The position numbers were made by a program, and so were the translations under genes. The notes under the pieces are model-generated. The model was not told the DNA's origin. It did not search any database and worked only from the letters and a program-made list of their open reading frames with translations. A stretch of DNA of 64,000 bases from an uncultured bacterium (GTDB lineage: Bacteria > Patescibacteriota > Minisyncoccia > UBA6257 > 2-01-FULL-56-20): NCBI GenBank assembly GCA_963768625.1, contig CAVYIK010000003.1:64625-128624 (forward strand). The letters are read 5' to 3'. This document shows, piece by piece, positions 26,390-39,382 of this stretch (its first letter is position 1; each line of letters begins with the position of its first letter).

Positions 26390-26698
26390 CTATGCGATCT
26401 CTACCTCGCTGTATTCTTGCCGGTGCCCTTTCTTTTTGCGCTGACGCGTCTTTGAATGATATTTGAAAACGATCTTCTTTTCGCCCCGGCCATCGCCCAA
26501 AAGCTTGGCCTGCACCTTTGCGCCTGCGACGTACGGCGTTCCTACTTCCACGCGGCCGCCCGCGGCGCGCAAAAGCACCTTGTCAAAAACGATGTCGCCC
26601 GTCGCGGAAGCTGCGAGTTTTTCCACCCTTATTTTTTGACCGGAAGAAACCCTATACTGTTTTCCGCCGGTCTGTATGACCGAAAAATCGTTTGCCAT
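26390..26698 (-). CDS. rplU: 50S ribosomal protein L21
   Basis: Internal ATG of ORF 26390..26749: FSVIQTGGKQYRVSSGQKIRVEKL...KIVFKYHSKTRQRKKKGHRQEYSEVEI. Confidence 0.9.
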   Translation of the reverse strand: MANDFSVIQTGGKQYRVSSGQKIRVEKLAASATGDIVFDKVLLRAAGGRVEVGTPYVAGAKVQAKLLGDGRGEKKIVFKYHSKTRQRKKKGHRQEYSEVEIA

Positions 26699-26711
26699 CA
26701 AAGTGTTTATG

Positions 26712-26948
26712 TTATTCGACGCCCGCTTCCGGTGATTTGAGGGCCTCAATGCGTCCTTGAAGATTGGTGCACGCCTCTTCCTCTGCCGCCAGGTCCCCTC
26801 GAAGGGAGACCTCCCGGGGCGTTCCTTCCCTCACCCCCTTAAGCTCCTTCTCGATCCCTTCGATCTTTTTTCTCGACTTACGCAAGGCCTCTTCCAAGCC
26901 CTGAAGCTCCTCTTGATTCCCCATCCCCTGCTCTTTTTCGTATGCCAT
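26712..26948 (-). CDS. small coiled-coil hypothetical protein (78 aa)
   Basis: ORF track. It is charged and heptad-like. No motif recognised. Confidence 0.4.
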   Translation of the reverse strand: MAYEKEQGMGNQEELQGLEEALRKSRKKIEGIEKELKGVREGTPREVSLRGDLAAEEEACTNLQGRIEALKSPEAGVE

Positions 26949-26949
26949 G

Positions 26950-27297
26950 TTAATTTACGTTAATGATAGCAACGAATGCGATAAAAAGCAAGACGGCGAA
27001 GACGAGGGTGACGGCCGCGACGAATTTGCCGAGGAAGGGGTCCCGCGCGTCGAACTCGAGCGCGATCACGAAGTTCATGAGCACGATCAGGGTTCCCAAG
27101 ACCGCCATGAAGACCAGTGTGCCCGGCGGGCCGACGGACGTGATACCCGAAAGGTCATTGAAGTGCAGGATGAGCGGGCTTGCCCCTGCGGTGCCCCGGA
27201 GCATGACGCGGGACCAGATCGCCCCGCCCCAAACGAAAAGGAGCGCCGCAAGCGACATAAGGCTCACCGCCCGGGAGCGCCATATTTTCTTGAGCAT
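26950..27297 (-). CDS. hypothetical membrane protein (115 aa)
   Basis: ORF track, with three hydrophobic segments. Confidence 0.5.
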   Translation of the reverse strand: MLKKIWRSRAVSLMSLAALLFVWGGAIWSRVMLRGTAGASPLILHFNDLSGITSVGPPGTLVFMAVLGTLIVLMNFVIALEFDARDPFLGKFVAAVTLVFAVLLFIAFVAIINVN

Positions 27298-27300
27298 GGA

Positions 27301-28310
27301 TTATGAAGCCTTCTCCCCGCGCAACACTGCCGCCGCGACCGCGGGGTCTATCGCGTTGATGTTCACGACCGTGGATATCTCAAACCCGCCCAGCGGAGAG
27401 ATCACGTTCACGGGGACGATCTCTATGTGCCAGTGGTGGTGAGAATGATTTTTCCCGTCCGCGGGCGCGTCATGGATGAAGAAGTTCAGGTCCGGGTCGT
27501 GCAAATATTGCTTCATCCGCTGGAGCACCGACCGCAAAAGCAGCGCCGCGTCCTTGAGGGTCGCGCGGGATGCTTTTGCAAAATACGGCTCATGGTGCTT
27601 GGGAAGGATGGCTACTTCAAAGGGACGCTTTCCGGCATAGGGCGCAATGGCGATCGCCCGCGGTTCTCCGCGATAACGCGCCGCTGCTCCTTCCGCTCTG
27701 TCGCGATGATGTCGCAGCGGACGCAGCGGCGGTGCTTTTTGTAATACTGCTCGGCGCCGCGGAGCGAGCGCGTAGTGTGCGGCGGGACGATGGGCAGGCG
27801 CGAGGATCTGGTAATGCGGGTGGGAAAGCGATGCGCCCGCTTCGGGCCCCCAGTTAAAAAAAGTAGGAGACGTAGACGTTGCAGCGGTCCTGGACGAGCG
27901 CCTGGTGCCGGCGCTGCAAAGACCGAAAGAAGCTCTTCCGCGGCTTCGGCGTCCAGGTCGGCCAAACTTTTTCGGTGGTCGCGCGCAAGGACGATCTCAT
28001 GGCTGCCGACGCCGGTCTTTGCGGCGTACATGCCGCGGGAGAGTGCAACGGCGTGCCCTGCGGAATGCGTGAGGGCCGGATATTTGTTCGGGATGACGGC
28101 GATCCTCCACCGTTTTCGCTCGCTTCCGCGCGGATAGGTCGCGATCGGGGGCCAGTTCCCCGACTTTTCGAGGTCCTCAAAAGGGCATTTCTGCTTGGAC
28201 GAAAAAACGCGGGCGCTTTTTGCCTTCAAAAATTCCTCCGGCCGCTTGGCCCGCTCGGGCGCGAGGATGACCCAATCGCCGGATACCGGGTCTTCGCGAA
28301 ATTCGCTCAT
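27301..28310 (-). pseudogene. galT: galactose-1-phosphate uridylyltransferase (HIT superfamily GalT); at least 3 frameshifts as given
   Basis: MSEFREDPVSGDWVILAPERAKRP, CPFE, IPNKYPAL, then SLSHPHYQI in another frame. The C-terminus is in ORF 27301..27537 (HHHWHIEIVP). Confidence 0.7.
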
Positions 28311-30280
28311 GGAAAAAATGTTTGTTTGACGATTAGGAGGCCGTCGCGCGGCCGCGCGCCGCCGCCCGCGATCCTGTTCAAATAATACCAATTCAAAACG
28401 TCCTTCGCTATGGGACCGCGTTCAAGCTCCCCTCTTTGGAGTTTTCGATAAGGATGAGGAGCGCGATCTGCGGATGGTTAGCACGGCGCGTAGCCGACGA
28501 AGAGCGCGTTCTCCTGCTGGTTGTTCTGCACCTGCGCGCTGCCGGTCTTCGCGCAAACGTCGAAATCGGCAGGTCGTGCAGCGAATACGCGGTGCCCTGC
28601 GGCGAGGTCACGCCCGCTTTCATCCCCTGCTGCACCTCCTGTGATCTGCGGCGAAAGATACGTGAGGTCCTCCGCCACTTGCGGCGTGGACGCGCGCGTT
28701 CAGGAACGGCCGGTAGATCTTGCCGCCATTCCCGATCGCGGCAATATAGTCTCAGAAGCTGGAGCGGGCTCGAAAAGCAGGTCTCCCTGGCCGATCGCGA
28801 CGTTATAGGTGTCGCCGAGGAGCCACGGCGTCCCGAAGCGCTGCCTGCTTCCAGCCGGCGTCGGCAAAAACCCCGCTGCCTCGTCCGGCATGTCAATGCC
28901 GGTCGGTTTCCCGAGGCCGAATGTTTGCCACCATTCGTACAGCCGGCTGATGCCGAGGCCCGCGATGCCGTAATCGCTCGGATCGTTCAGGAGCGGCGTG
29001 CTCACGGCCGGCGAACCGCCGCCCACGAGATAAAAATAAACGTCGGATGACTGCGCGAGCGCCGAGGCAAGGTTCACGTTCCCTTGATAGCGCCAGTCAA
29101 GATATTTGCTCGGCGTGGAAGAATTGTACGGGTTGGGCACCAGAAGATAGCCGGTCGAAAAGATCGTGCGGCTCGGGTCGATCACGCCTTCTTTGAGCGC
29201 CGCCACGGCATCAAGCGGCTTTATCGTGGAGCCGGGGTTGTAGAAACCGTTCACCGACGCGGTTGAAGAGCGGCTCGTCGGAGCGAAGAAAGGAGCTTTC
29301 GCACTTCGGCCGCCGTGCTCGTGCTCGGCTGCGAAAAAAGATTGTTGTCGAAGCCCGGCAGGTTCACGAGCGAGAGCACTTCGCCGGTTTGCGGGTCGAT
29401 CGCGAGGCCGATGCCGATCGTCCTCCCGAGCGACGCGAGGCCCTGGGCGAGGCGTGCGGAGAAATAGGACTGCAGGCCGCCATCGATCGTCAAATGGAGC
29501 GGGTCGCCCGCCTGCGGCACTGATTCCTGCTTCTCACCGAGCAATTGCCCTTTCGCATTCTTATACTGCACCGTGACGCCGGGCTTTCCCCGAAGCGACT
29601 GGTCGTAAAACGCCTCAATGCCGGTCTTCCCGATGAAGTCGCTGCCGTTGAGCGGTGGGATCGCTCTTGAGGTCGCTCTGGCTCACGCGCCCCACGTAGC
29701 CGACCACGGAAGAAAAGAGGGGGCCGCTGGGATATACTCTTGCGAAATCACTTTCTATCTTTATGGTCGGCAAGGCATCCGCCTGGAGGTTCACGAGCTC
29801 GTTTTGGGTGATGTCGTCGGCAAGTACGATCGGCGTTGCAAAGTCCTCCGCTGCGGCGGCGTTCACAAGGCTCGCAAGATCGTCGGGAGCGACACCAAGG
29901 ATATTCTCCGCGGCTTGCACCGTGGCCGCATCAAGCGCGGTGTCGTTCACGAACTCCCGCGCGTCAAGGACGGCCGCGAACGCCGTCTTGTTCTCCGCAA
30001 TGACGTTGCTTTCGCGGTCATAGATCACGCCGCGCGGCGCGGGCGCGGTTTCGTATTGTGTCACGTTATCTGCCGCGCGCGCGGCGTAATACCCGCCGTT
30101 CAGGGCGTCAAGGTAGATCGTGCGGCCCACCACCGCCGCTACCACGCAAAAGATCGCGATGCCAAGGTAGAAGAATGGCTTGTTGCCGAGCGGTACCTCT
30201 GCAACGTCAAGGTCGCGGCTCCAGTCGTCGTTCAGGGAATCCTCAAAAGCGACCTCTTCGTCCCGCCGCTTCATTGCCAT
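28307..30280 (-). pseudogene. mrdA: penicillin-binding protein 2 (elongasome transpeptidase); at least 5 frameshifts as given
   Basis: The N-terminal TM and dimer domain are in ORF 29615..30280, followed by 29251..29571. SxxK (STIKP) is in 28700..29254 and KTGS in 28478..28678. The tail IAKDVLNWYYL ends with an ATGA overlap onto galT. Confidence 0.75.
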
Positions 30281-30702
30281 CGATAGAGCGGAAAAAGCGT
30301 GAGCGCGCCCGTGATGAGCCCGCCCGCAAGATCAAGCAGGAACGCCGGCGAATGCGCGAGGAAGCCGGACGGCGCGGCTGCAAGATACAGCACGAGGAAT
30401 CCGAGGACGATTGCAATGCAGTTCTCGAGCCATATCTGCCAATGGAAAACGGGGTGTAGGAAATGGACGGCGATGGGAACCAGGGCGAAGACGAGGATCT
30501 CCACGCTCGCCGCGGGCTGCCAATTGAGGATGAACACCGTGAGCGCGATGAGGAATGCAAGTTCCCAAAATTCAAACACGAAGGCGAAAGAAATGAGCGC
30601 CGCGAACGAAAAATCTATGAAGATCCCTGCGCGCGCGAAGAAAAATTGCAGGAGAAGCGCAATAAAGAGCAATATGAGGCCTCCTGAAAACTTGAAGTTC
30701 AT
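30271..30702 (-). CDS. mreD: rod shape-determining protein MreD-like membrane protein
   Basis: 143 aa polytopic protein sitting between mreC and PBP2. The ORF is intact. Confidence 0.65.
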   Translation of the reverse strand: MNFKFSGGLILLFIALLLQFFFARAGIFIDFSFAALISFAFVFEFWELAFLIALTVFILNWQPAASVEILVFALVPIAVHFLHPVFHWQIWLENCIAIVLGFLVLYLAAAPSGFLAHSPAFLLDLAGGLITGALTLFPLYRWQ

Positions 30703-31378
30703 TTGGCGATAAAAACCGTTTGGACGCCGTTCATGTCGTAGGCGAAATTCAGGGATGCCTGCTCAAAGAGATTGTCGGGAGAAGTGACTGCGTCCTGGAC
30801 CACTGCGACAGGCAAGCCCGTAGGGCAATCCCTGCGCGGCGGTAATAGACAACATCCCCCGGCGCCGACTTTCGCTGTCTTTATAAGGGAGGCCACGACG
30901 GGCGAGGCGCCGCCTACAAGGAGGGCGTCGTATCCATGCGGCTCCCACGCGCACCGGCATTTTAAACCGGGGTCAAACACGGTTTGCACGAGCGAAGCGT
31001 GCGGGAAAGTTTGCGAAACGATGCCGATCAAGATCCCCTGGAAGACCACCGCTTTCCCCGTGGCGACGCCCTCGCTCGCGCCCGCATCCACCGTGAACTC
31101 GTTTTTAAAATTGAACGGGTAGCGGGAATAGACGATGGCGCGGAGATAGCCGGGCGATGCATTCGGCAGTTCTGCTGCAACATTCTGAAGCGTCGCGAGC
31201 TGGGCCTTTAGCGCCTCGTTCTCCGCCGCGAGGTCCGGGCTCACGGACGATGATGCCGCTGGCGCAGCGCTAAGCCAGTTGCGCACGGCGCCGCCATCGG
31301 AAGGCGGCAGAAGAAGATGAGCACGCCAAGAGGATCGGCGCTCGCGGATATCAAGAACCATCGATCGCGCTTTCTCAC
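30699..31378 (-). pseudogene. mreC: rod shape-determining protein MreC; N-terminal and internal frameshifts as given
   Basis: A GTG at 31378 gives VRKRDRWFLISASADPLGVLIFF (TM), then shifts into ORF 30699..31361 (coiled coil AENEALKAQLATLQ, beta domains). Local frame excursions occur near 30790-30960. Confidence 0.7.
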
Positions 31379-31381
31379 GAT

Positions 31382-33665
<2,284 letters not shown>

Positions 33666-33706
33666 TACCAATAGATTATCACCGAAACTTCCCGTTGGCA
33701 AAATAA

Positions 33707-33967
33707 CTAGCCCTTTGTCTCAAGAGCGCTAACTCGATGATCAAGCGCAGCTACTTCGCTCACGTCGGCTTTTTTCTTAAGCTGATTTTTTATGATCACA
33801 ATATCCAATATTATGGAGTCAATCTTTTCGCCTTGCAATACAAACATACACTTCATATCGTCAAACTCTTCCCGCAAGCCGACGTATTGTTCCACCACTA
33901 ATTTTATTTTGTCATCATAATGTTCCGTAACTACACCGACGATATGATGGGCATGCGTCTCAAACAT
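33707..33967 (-). CDS. hypothetical protein (86 aa), AT-rich
   Basis: ORF track. It is intact and has markedly lower GC than neighbouring genes. Confidence 0.45.
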   Translation of the reverse strand: MFETHAHHIVGVVTEHYDDKIKLVVEQYVGLREEFDDMKCMFVLQGEKIDSIILDIVIIKNQLKKKADVSEVAALDHRVSALETKG

Positions 33968-34069
33968 TCTCCCTATCTCAGAAAAGAATTCCTCTTTTTC
34001 AATTTTTCCATTAACGCAACCATAGCATACGGATGGTTAAAATTATCTAAACTATTTATTAAATTTTCA

Positions 34070-35169
34070 TTAAATGATAATACCGCCTCCCAACATCTCT
34101 CCATCTTTACGGTAAAACACAGCCGACTGGCCGGGAGCCACGAATTTCTGTGGCTTCGCGAAGTCCAATTTATTATAGTTGCCACTTTCTCCTTTTGAAA
34201 GAGTTGCCGTCGAAAGCGGCTGGCGATAGCGGACGCGCGCAAACACTGTGCTGAGCGCGCTCTTCTGGCGACTGTCCATCGATAAAATTCACCCCCGCGA
34301 GCTCGATCTCTTTGTGATACAACGCAGGATTTTCGTCCCCTTCCGCCACTACGACCACATTGGCTGCTACATCTTTTGAGGCAACATAGAACGGCTTGCG
34401 TTCCTTCGCGCCGCCCGTCTTCGGGAACTTAAAATCGGCCTTGATGTGCCGCTCGCCGATCGTATAGAACTCCGCGCCGGAATGCGTACCGATCTTCTTT
34501 CCTTCAGTGGTCATAAGCACCCCGCGCCGCTCGGGAATATATTGCTTCAAAAAATCTGTCCACCGAGATCTGCCCCAAAAAGCAGATTCCCTGCGAATCC
34601 TTTTTTTCTGCGGTCGGAATTCCCTTCGCGCGCGCCATTGCCCGTACTTCGGACTTCAAATAATCGCCTATCGGGAAAAGGCACTTTACAAGCTCGGCCT
34701 GCGTAAGCGTCCAGAGGAAATACGACTGATCTTTAGTTTTATCCTTTGCTTCAAATAAGCGCGCTGAGCCATCGCGACTCCGCGCGGGCACTGTCCCGCT
34801 GATCCGCACATAATGCCCCGTCGCCACATAATCCGCGCCTGCCGCAAGCGCTTTCTTCAAAAACAATCCGAACTTTATCTCGCGGTTGCACATCACGTCC
34901 GGATTCGGCGTGATGCCCGCGCGATAGCCCTCAATCATATAATCCACCACGCGCTGCTTGTACTCTTCTTCAAAATCCCAGACGTAAAACGGAATGCCGA
35001 AGTGCTCCGCCACGCGCCGCGCGTCCTCCGCGTCCCGCTCGGCGCAGCCGTCCAAGTTATAACAACGCATAAAAACACCCACGACCTCGTAGCCCTCGTC
35101 CCTCAAAAGCATTGCCGCAACGGAGCTATCCACCCCGCCGGACATCCCGACAAACACCTTCTTTGCCAT
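34070..35169 (-). pseudogene. mnmA: tRNA 2-thiouridine(34) synthase MnmA; at least 2 frameshifts as given
   Basis: PP-loop VGMSGGVDSSV and the remaining N-terminal half are in ORF 34504..35169. It continues in 34173..34550 and 34070..34279. Confidence 0.85.
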
Positions 35170-35176
35170 ATCCTTA

Positions 35177-35740
35177 CTATACCCGCTCCACGTACTGTCC
35201 GGTCTCCGTGTTCACGCGGATCGTGTCGCCCTCGTTGACGAAAAGCGGCGCGTTGATCTTTGCTCCCCCTTCGATGACTACTGATTTTGTGCCGCCCTGC
35301 GCGGTGTTCCCCTTGATGCGACGGCGGCGCTTCGATCACTTTGAAATCCATCTTGATCGGGCATATCCGATCTTAATGACTTTTTCATTAAATACCATCG
35401 TGGCCACTTTGGTGTTCGGCTTCAAAAACTGCCCGCGGTCGCCCAAGAGCTCCGCCGGAAGCGAGAAGCGGTTCTTCGGATTCCCCTCCTCGTGGAACCA
35501 ATATTCGCCGCGGTTCGCATAGATGAAGATCGCTGACTTCTTTTCTATTTCCGCCTCCTCAAAAGAGTCGCTCGGCTGGAAATTGCGGTCCAGGACTTTC
35601 GCCGTGATCAGGTTCCGGATGCGCGTCTGCACGACGGCCTTCCGCTGCTGCATGCGCAAAAAATGCGACTCAAGCACCTCGTACGGCGCCCCGTCCATAA
35701 TAAAAAGAACTCCTTTGGTGAGATCGGTATAGGACAACAT
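35177..35740 (-). pseudogene. efp: translation elongation factor P; 2 frameshifts as given
   Basis: MLSYTDLTKGVLFIMDGAPYEVLESHFLRMQQRKAVVQTRIRNL (ORF 35336..35830), then [11 protein letters not shown] (35103..35351), then the third frame [52 protein letters not shown] -10 lies 8 nt upstream of the ATG. Confidence 0.85.
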
Positions 35741-35851
35741 CGGATAGTAGTATAGCAAAATTTTTGGTTTTGTGAAGGGGTGGTGGACAGATAAAAAAAT
35801 CCGGTGGCGCATTGCATAGCAACGCACCACCGGGACGTGAGAGGGAACAAC

Positions 35852-36175
35852 TTAGCGCATCCACCGCGCGGACGGGATCGGCTCTGAGATAAAAGTTTTG
35901 GGCGGCGGCGAAGAGTTGACCTTCTGCCGACGCCTCATAACCGCTACCGCGGAGAGCGCGAGAATGACAATCCAAAGACAGAGCGCTGACGTGCGGATTG
36001 CCGGCACGTTGTGCGTGGTCGCCCAGATAAGCCGGGTAAGCCATACTACCAATCCGCCGATGCTGCAGAGCAGAACGGTGACGAACGCGGGGAACGCGAT
36101 CACCTGAGCCGTCCGATTTTCGCACAGCGAATCCCACCGGGTCCAGGAGCTTCCCCTGTAAGCCGTGTTTCCCAT
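35852..36175 (-). CDS. hypothetical membrane protein
   Basis: Internal ATG of ORF 35852..36226, with two TM helices. Confidence 0.45.
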   Translation of the reverse strand: MGNTAYRGSSWTRWDSLCENRTAQVIAFPAFVTVLLCSIGGLVVWLTRLIWATTHNVPAIRTSALCLWIVILALSAVAVMRRRQKVNSSPPPKTFISEPIPSARWMR

Positions 36176-36244
36176 ATTGACAATACCTCTATCTTGTATT
36201 CTAACATAACCAATTTTTAATGTCAAATTAATGAAAGGGTTGTT

Positions 36245-36283
36245 AAACCAAAAGCCGCCGGGATGCGATCCGCGGCGGCTTTG
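36245..36283 (-). terminator. hairpin terminator after the rpsP-KH operon
   Basis: AAGCCGCCGCGGAT-cgc-ATCCCGGCGGCTT on the minus strand, followed by TTGGTTT. Confidence 0.55.
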
Positions 36284-36292
36284 AGAAATCGA

Positions 36293-36622
36293 TCAATAGT
36301 TATCGCGCCCTCCTTCCGGTCTTCCTTCGCTTCTCGGACGGTCGGGCCTCGGAGGCCTGGTGCTCCCCTCCGGCTCCTCGATCTTCAGATTCACACGTGC
36401 GTTGTTCTTCACCCCCACGATCCTCAAGAGCGAGCGGATGGCCTTCGCGGTCGCGCCCTGACGGCCGACCACCTGGCCCATGTCCATCGGATTCACGCGA
36501 AGCGAGAGCAAAACGCCCATCTCATCGACCTTGCGGTCGACCTTCACATCATCCGGATGGTCCACGAGGGACTTCACGAGGTACTCAAGGAATTCCTGAT
36601 CAGCGGTAGTTGAATTCGCCAT
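36293..36622 (-). CDS. KH-domain RNA-binding protein (YlqC/UPF0109-like)
   Basis: FLEYLVKSLVDHPDDVKV...MGQVVGRQGATAKAIRSLL (a GxxG KH motif), in the conserved position after rpsP. Confidence 0.8.
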   Translation of the reverse strand: MANSTTADQEFLEYLVKSLVDHPDDVKVDRKVDEMGVLLSLRVNPMDMGQVVGRQGATAKAIRSLLRIVGVKNNARVNLKIEEPEGSTRPPRPDRPRSEGRPEGGRDNY

Positions 36623-37083
36623 TACTTCGATTGTTGCTTTCGACCTTTCTTCTTTTCTTTCTATGCCTAGGCTGCAGCGGCGCTTCTGCGGCCACGGGAT
36701 TTCTGGAGCGGCCTGCGGCGGGGGTTCGCGCGCTCGGAGCGCTCGCTGCGGCTGGAGCTGCGGCCTTGGCCGGAGCCGCTGCCGCCGCGGGAGCCGCTAC
36801 TTCTTCCTTCTTCGATTTCTTGTTCATCTTCACCGTCATTTTCGGGACGGAAAGAATGCCCTGTTCAACGAGGAGATTGTGCGTCGTCACGGTCGGCCGC
36901 GCACCCATCTTCATCCAATGCGCCACCCGTTCTTTATTGAAGAACCGCCTTCTTCGTGAACGGATTATAGGTACCCAAATCCTCCACGGGTGGGGCCGCC
37001 ATCTTTGACCGCTTTTCGGCGACCACCAAGCGATAGCTCGGCTGGTGCTTCTTGCCTCCGCGCTGCAATTTAATGGCCAACAT
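36622..37083 (-). pseudogene. rpsP: 30S ribosomal protein S16 with long Ala/Lys-rich tail; 1-2 frameshifts as given
   Basis: ATG at 37083 gives MLAIKLQRGGKKHQPSYRLVVAEKRSKMAAPPVEDLGTYNPFTKKAVL, then a stop. It continues in the frame of ORF 36600..37100 (NKERVAHWMKMGARPT). The tail probably ends at a TAATG overlap with the KH gene. Confidence 0.8.
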
Positions 37084-37090
37084 AGGGAAT

Positions 37091-37120
37091 AGTGTAGCAA
37101 AATAATATACGATTTGTCAA
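37091..37120 (-). promoter_or_regulatory. promoter TTGACA-18-TACACT, 7 nt upstream of rpsP ATG (leaderless-type)
   Basis: Minus strand reads gatTTGACAaatcgtatattattttgcTACACTattccctATG. Confidence 0.55.
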
Positions 37121-37134
37121 ATCTTTTGGGCTCT

Positions 37135-37159
37135 AAAAACCCCGCAAGGCGGGGTTTTT
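37135..37159. terminator. bidirectional hairpin terminator
   Basis: AAAAA-CCCCGC-aag-GCGGGG-TTTTT. Confidence 0.7.
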
Positions 37160-37182
37160 AGGTAAATGCTCTGCAAAATCGC

Positions 37183-37887
37183 CTATCTTGACTCGGTGCG
37201 GTCGCGCAATTTTTCAAGCAACCGCGCCGCATAGTCCCTGCCGCCGAGGCCGAAGGCCAAACCGCCCGCCAGGGCAAGCATCGCGATAAAGCCCGTCACG
37301 ATGCTCTGGATGATCGTCACTGCGATCTGGAGCTGCGTGAGTGCCGCGAGGAACCCGAAGACGACGACGGCCCACCACGTAAGCGTACCCAAGAAGTGCG
37401 CCGCGTGGAGCTTCGCGCTCAACACCGACGCCATGACGATCCGCCGCACGAAATTCCCGAGGACGAACGCGGCAAGCATGATGAGCACCGCCGCGATCAC
37501 ATTCGGCAAGTAGGCGAGGATCTCGTTCAAGAAGCTTGAGAGCGCATAGAGCCCCAAGCTGGTGCACGCCGCAAGCAAGAACGCGATCACGATGAACCAG
37601 TAGACGAGCTGTCCCAAGAAGTACGATGCGCGCAGCTTAAGGCCCGCCCGTTCAAAGTAGGGCTTCAAGCCCAGCTTCTCAAGGAAGGTGTCCAGCCGAA
37701 GCGCTTCGAATATCTTCTGGACAAGCGCGCCGAGGCCGGTCGCAACGATCAAGCCGATGATCAAAACGATCAAAGCACCGACCAAGCTCGGTATGAAGTT
37801 CGCGAATTGCAACCACACGTTCTGGAGCGACGCCACCACGATTTCCGTCCAACTCTGTATAACCATAGTTTTGTATTCGTAAAGCAA
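37183..37887 (-). CDS. membrane protein with repeated conserved-TM-helix segments (CmpX/MscS-N-terminal-like)
   Basis: 234 aa with several hydrophobic helices of a repeated pattern (IPSLVGALIVLIIGLIVA..., LPNVIAAVLIMLAAFVLG...). An alternative start is at 37866. Confidence 0.6.
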   Translation of the reverse strand: MLYEYKTMVIQSWTEIVVASLQNVWLQFANFIPSLVGALIVLIIGLIVATGLGALVQKIFEALRLDTFLEKLGLKPYFERAGLKLRASYFLGQLVYWFIVIAFLLAACTSLGLYALSSFLNEILAYLPNVIAAVLIMLAAFVLGNFVRRIVMASVLSAKLHAAHFLGTLTWWAVVVFGFLAALTQLQIAVTIIQSIVTGFIAMLALAGGLAFGLGGRDYAARLLEKLRDRTESR

Positions 37888-37940
37888 CGAAAACCGACCT
37901 TTAGGGAAACCTTAACCTGCTTTTATTATACCAAACTGGG

Positions 37941-38615
37941 TTACTGGGCGAGCGCTTTATCAAGCACCGCCTTGAATTCGTCATAGCTCGTAGGATTCGG
38001 GATCTGTGTCAAATTCAGGAAGAACGTCGGCGTGTGGTCAATGGCCGCCGCGTTCCCGCTCGTCACGTCTGCTTGAATCTTGTTTGATACCTCACCTGAA
38101 CTCATGTCTGTGTCAAATTTTGCCACGTTAAGGCCGAGCGAGGAAGCATAGCCGTTGAAATAATCGGCGACGATCGTGTTCGTGAACGCCGAGGACCAAT
38201 CATTTTGTTTTGCATACAGCAGGTCGTGCATCTGCCAGAACTTTCCCTGGAGCCCTGCCGCCTCCGCCGCCTGCGCCGAAATGCCCGCGTTCTCATGGAT
38301 CTGATACAGCGGGAAGTTCCTAAAAGCGAATAATACGCGGTCCCCGTACGCAGTCATTAATTGCTGGACGATCGGCGACGTTTCGCCGCACGCAGGGCAT
38401 TCGTAATCTCCGTACTCAATGAATGTCACTTTTGCGTTTTTGTTCCCTTGCGTCCAATCCGCGGCGGCGATCGGCGGAACCGTGGTCGCCACGAACCCGG
38501 GCGATGTGCTCGTCGCCGTGCTCGAGAAACCGCCCGACATCACGCCCGCCGCGATCACGCCCACCACAACGAGCACCACAAATCCCACGATGAACCAAAG
38601 TGTTATTTTATCCAT
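37941..38615 (-). CDS. DsbA-family thiol:disulfide oxidoreductase, membrane-anchored
   Basis: N-terminal TM helix. CPAC active site in FIEYGDYECPACG. C-terminal TPTFFLN cis-Pro-region pattern. Confidence 0.8.
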   Translation of the reverse strand: MDKITLWFIVGFVVLVVVGVIAAGVMSGGFSSTATSTSPGFVATTVPPIAAADWTQGNKNAKVTFIEYGDYECPACGETSPIVQQLMTAYGDRVLFAFRNFPLYQIHENAGISAQAAEAAGLQGKFWQMHDLLYAKQNDWSSAFTNTIVADYFNGYASSLGLNVAKFDTDMSSGEVSNKIQADVTSGNAAAIDHTPTFFLNLTQIPNPTSYDEFKAVLDKALAQ

Positions 38616-38624
38616 AGAGATACA

Positions 38625-39059
38625 TTATACATAATTCCGTATTTGTTCCGATAGAGCTTTCAACTCTGCTTCGGGCGTTTTTTCCCGCGAGCCCGGCCGA
38701 TAAAGGAATTTCCTGGGCTCGTACTCCGTGATGCCTTCGTCGCCGGCCTTACGAGGAACGATATGGAGGTGAAAATGCGGGATGGACTGGCCCGCCGCTT
38801 TATTTTCGTTCCAGACATGGTGGAATCCTTCAGCTCCAAAAAGTTTCGCGAGCGCTGTTTTTATTTTCGTAGAGAGCTCGAAAATGGCGTTCCTTTCGTC
38901 CATGGTCAGTTCCTCAAATTTTTGCACGTGCCGGATAGGGCAGACCAAAGTATGCCCCGGCGTGATAGGAATGTTCGTAAGGAACGCCCACGCCAAGCCA
39001 TTGCGGGCAACCGTCCGTTCCTTTATTTCCGGCGAGGTGCAATAAACGCAATCCGGCAT
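38625..39059 (-). CDS. HIT family hydrolase
   Basis: Internal ATG of ORF 38625..39164, with the histidine triad HFHLHIVP. Confidence 0.8.
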   Translation of the reverse strand: MPDCVYCTSPEIKERTVARNGLAWAFLTNIPITPGHTLVCPIRHVQKFEELTMDERNAIFELSTKIKTALAKLFGAEGFHHVWNENKAAGQSIPHFHLHIVPRKAGDEGITEYEPRKFLYRPGSREKTPEAELKALSEQIRNYV

Positions 39060-39060
39060 T

Positions 39061-39267
39061 TTATGGCCTGTTGTGCCGCAAGTTGTCCATGGCCCAGCAA
39101 TATTCAATAACGAGGAACGCGATCCACTGCGCTTCCCTGACCGCGATAAGGAGCCAGGTACCAAAAATAAGCGCTATCGTTTCAATGATCCAAAAGATCG
39201 CATCGAAGATCTCCTCATGCCGCGACTTCGCCTCGTTATTCGTGATGTATTTCAAAAATTTCCACAT
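39061..39267 (-). CDS. small membrane protein (68 aa)
   Basis: ORF track, with two hydrophobic helices. Confidence 0.4.
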   Translation of the reverse strand: MWKFLKYITNNEAKSRHEEIFDAIFWIIETIALIFGTWLLIAVREAQWIAFLVIEYCWAMDNLRHNRP

Positions 39268-39382
39268 GCGGATGCTATCAGATTATATCACGCCGAGCAG
39301 AAATCCCGGAGCTCAATTTCATGTTCATACATAAAACGTGTAGCAATGGCGCAAGTGCGCCAAAAAATAATATAATACCGAT

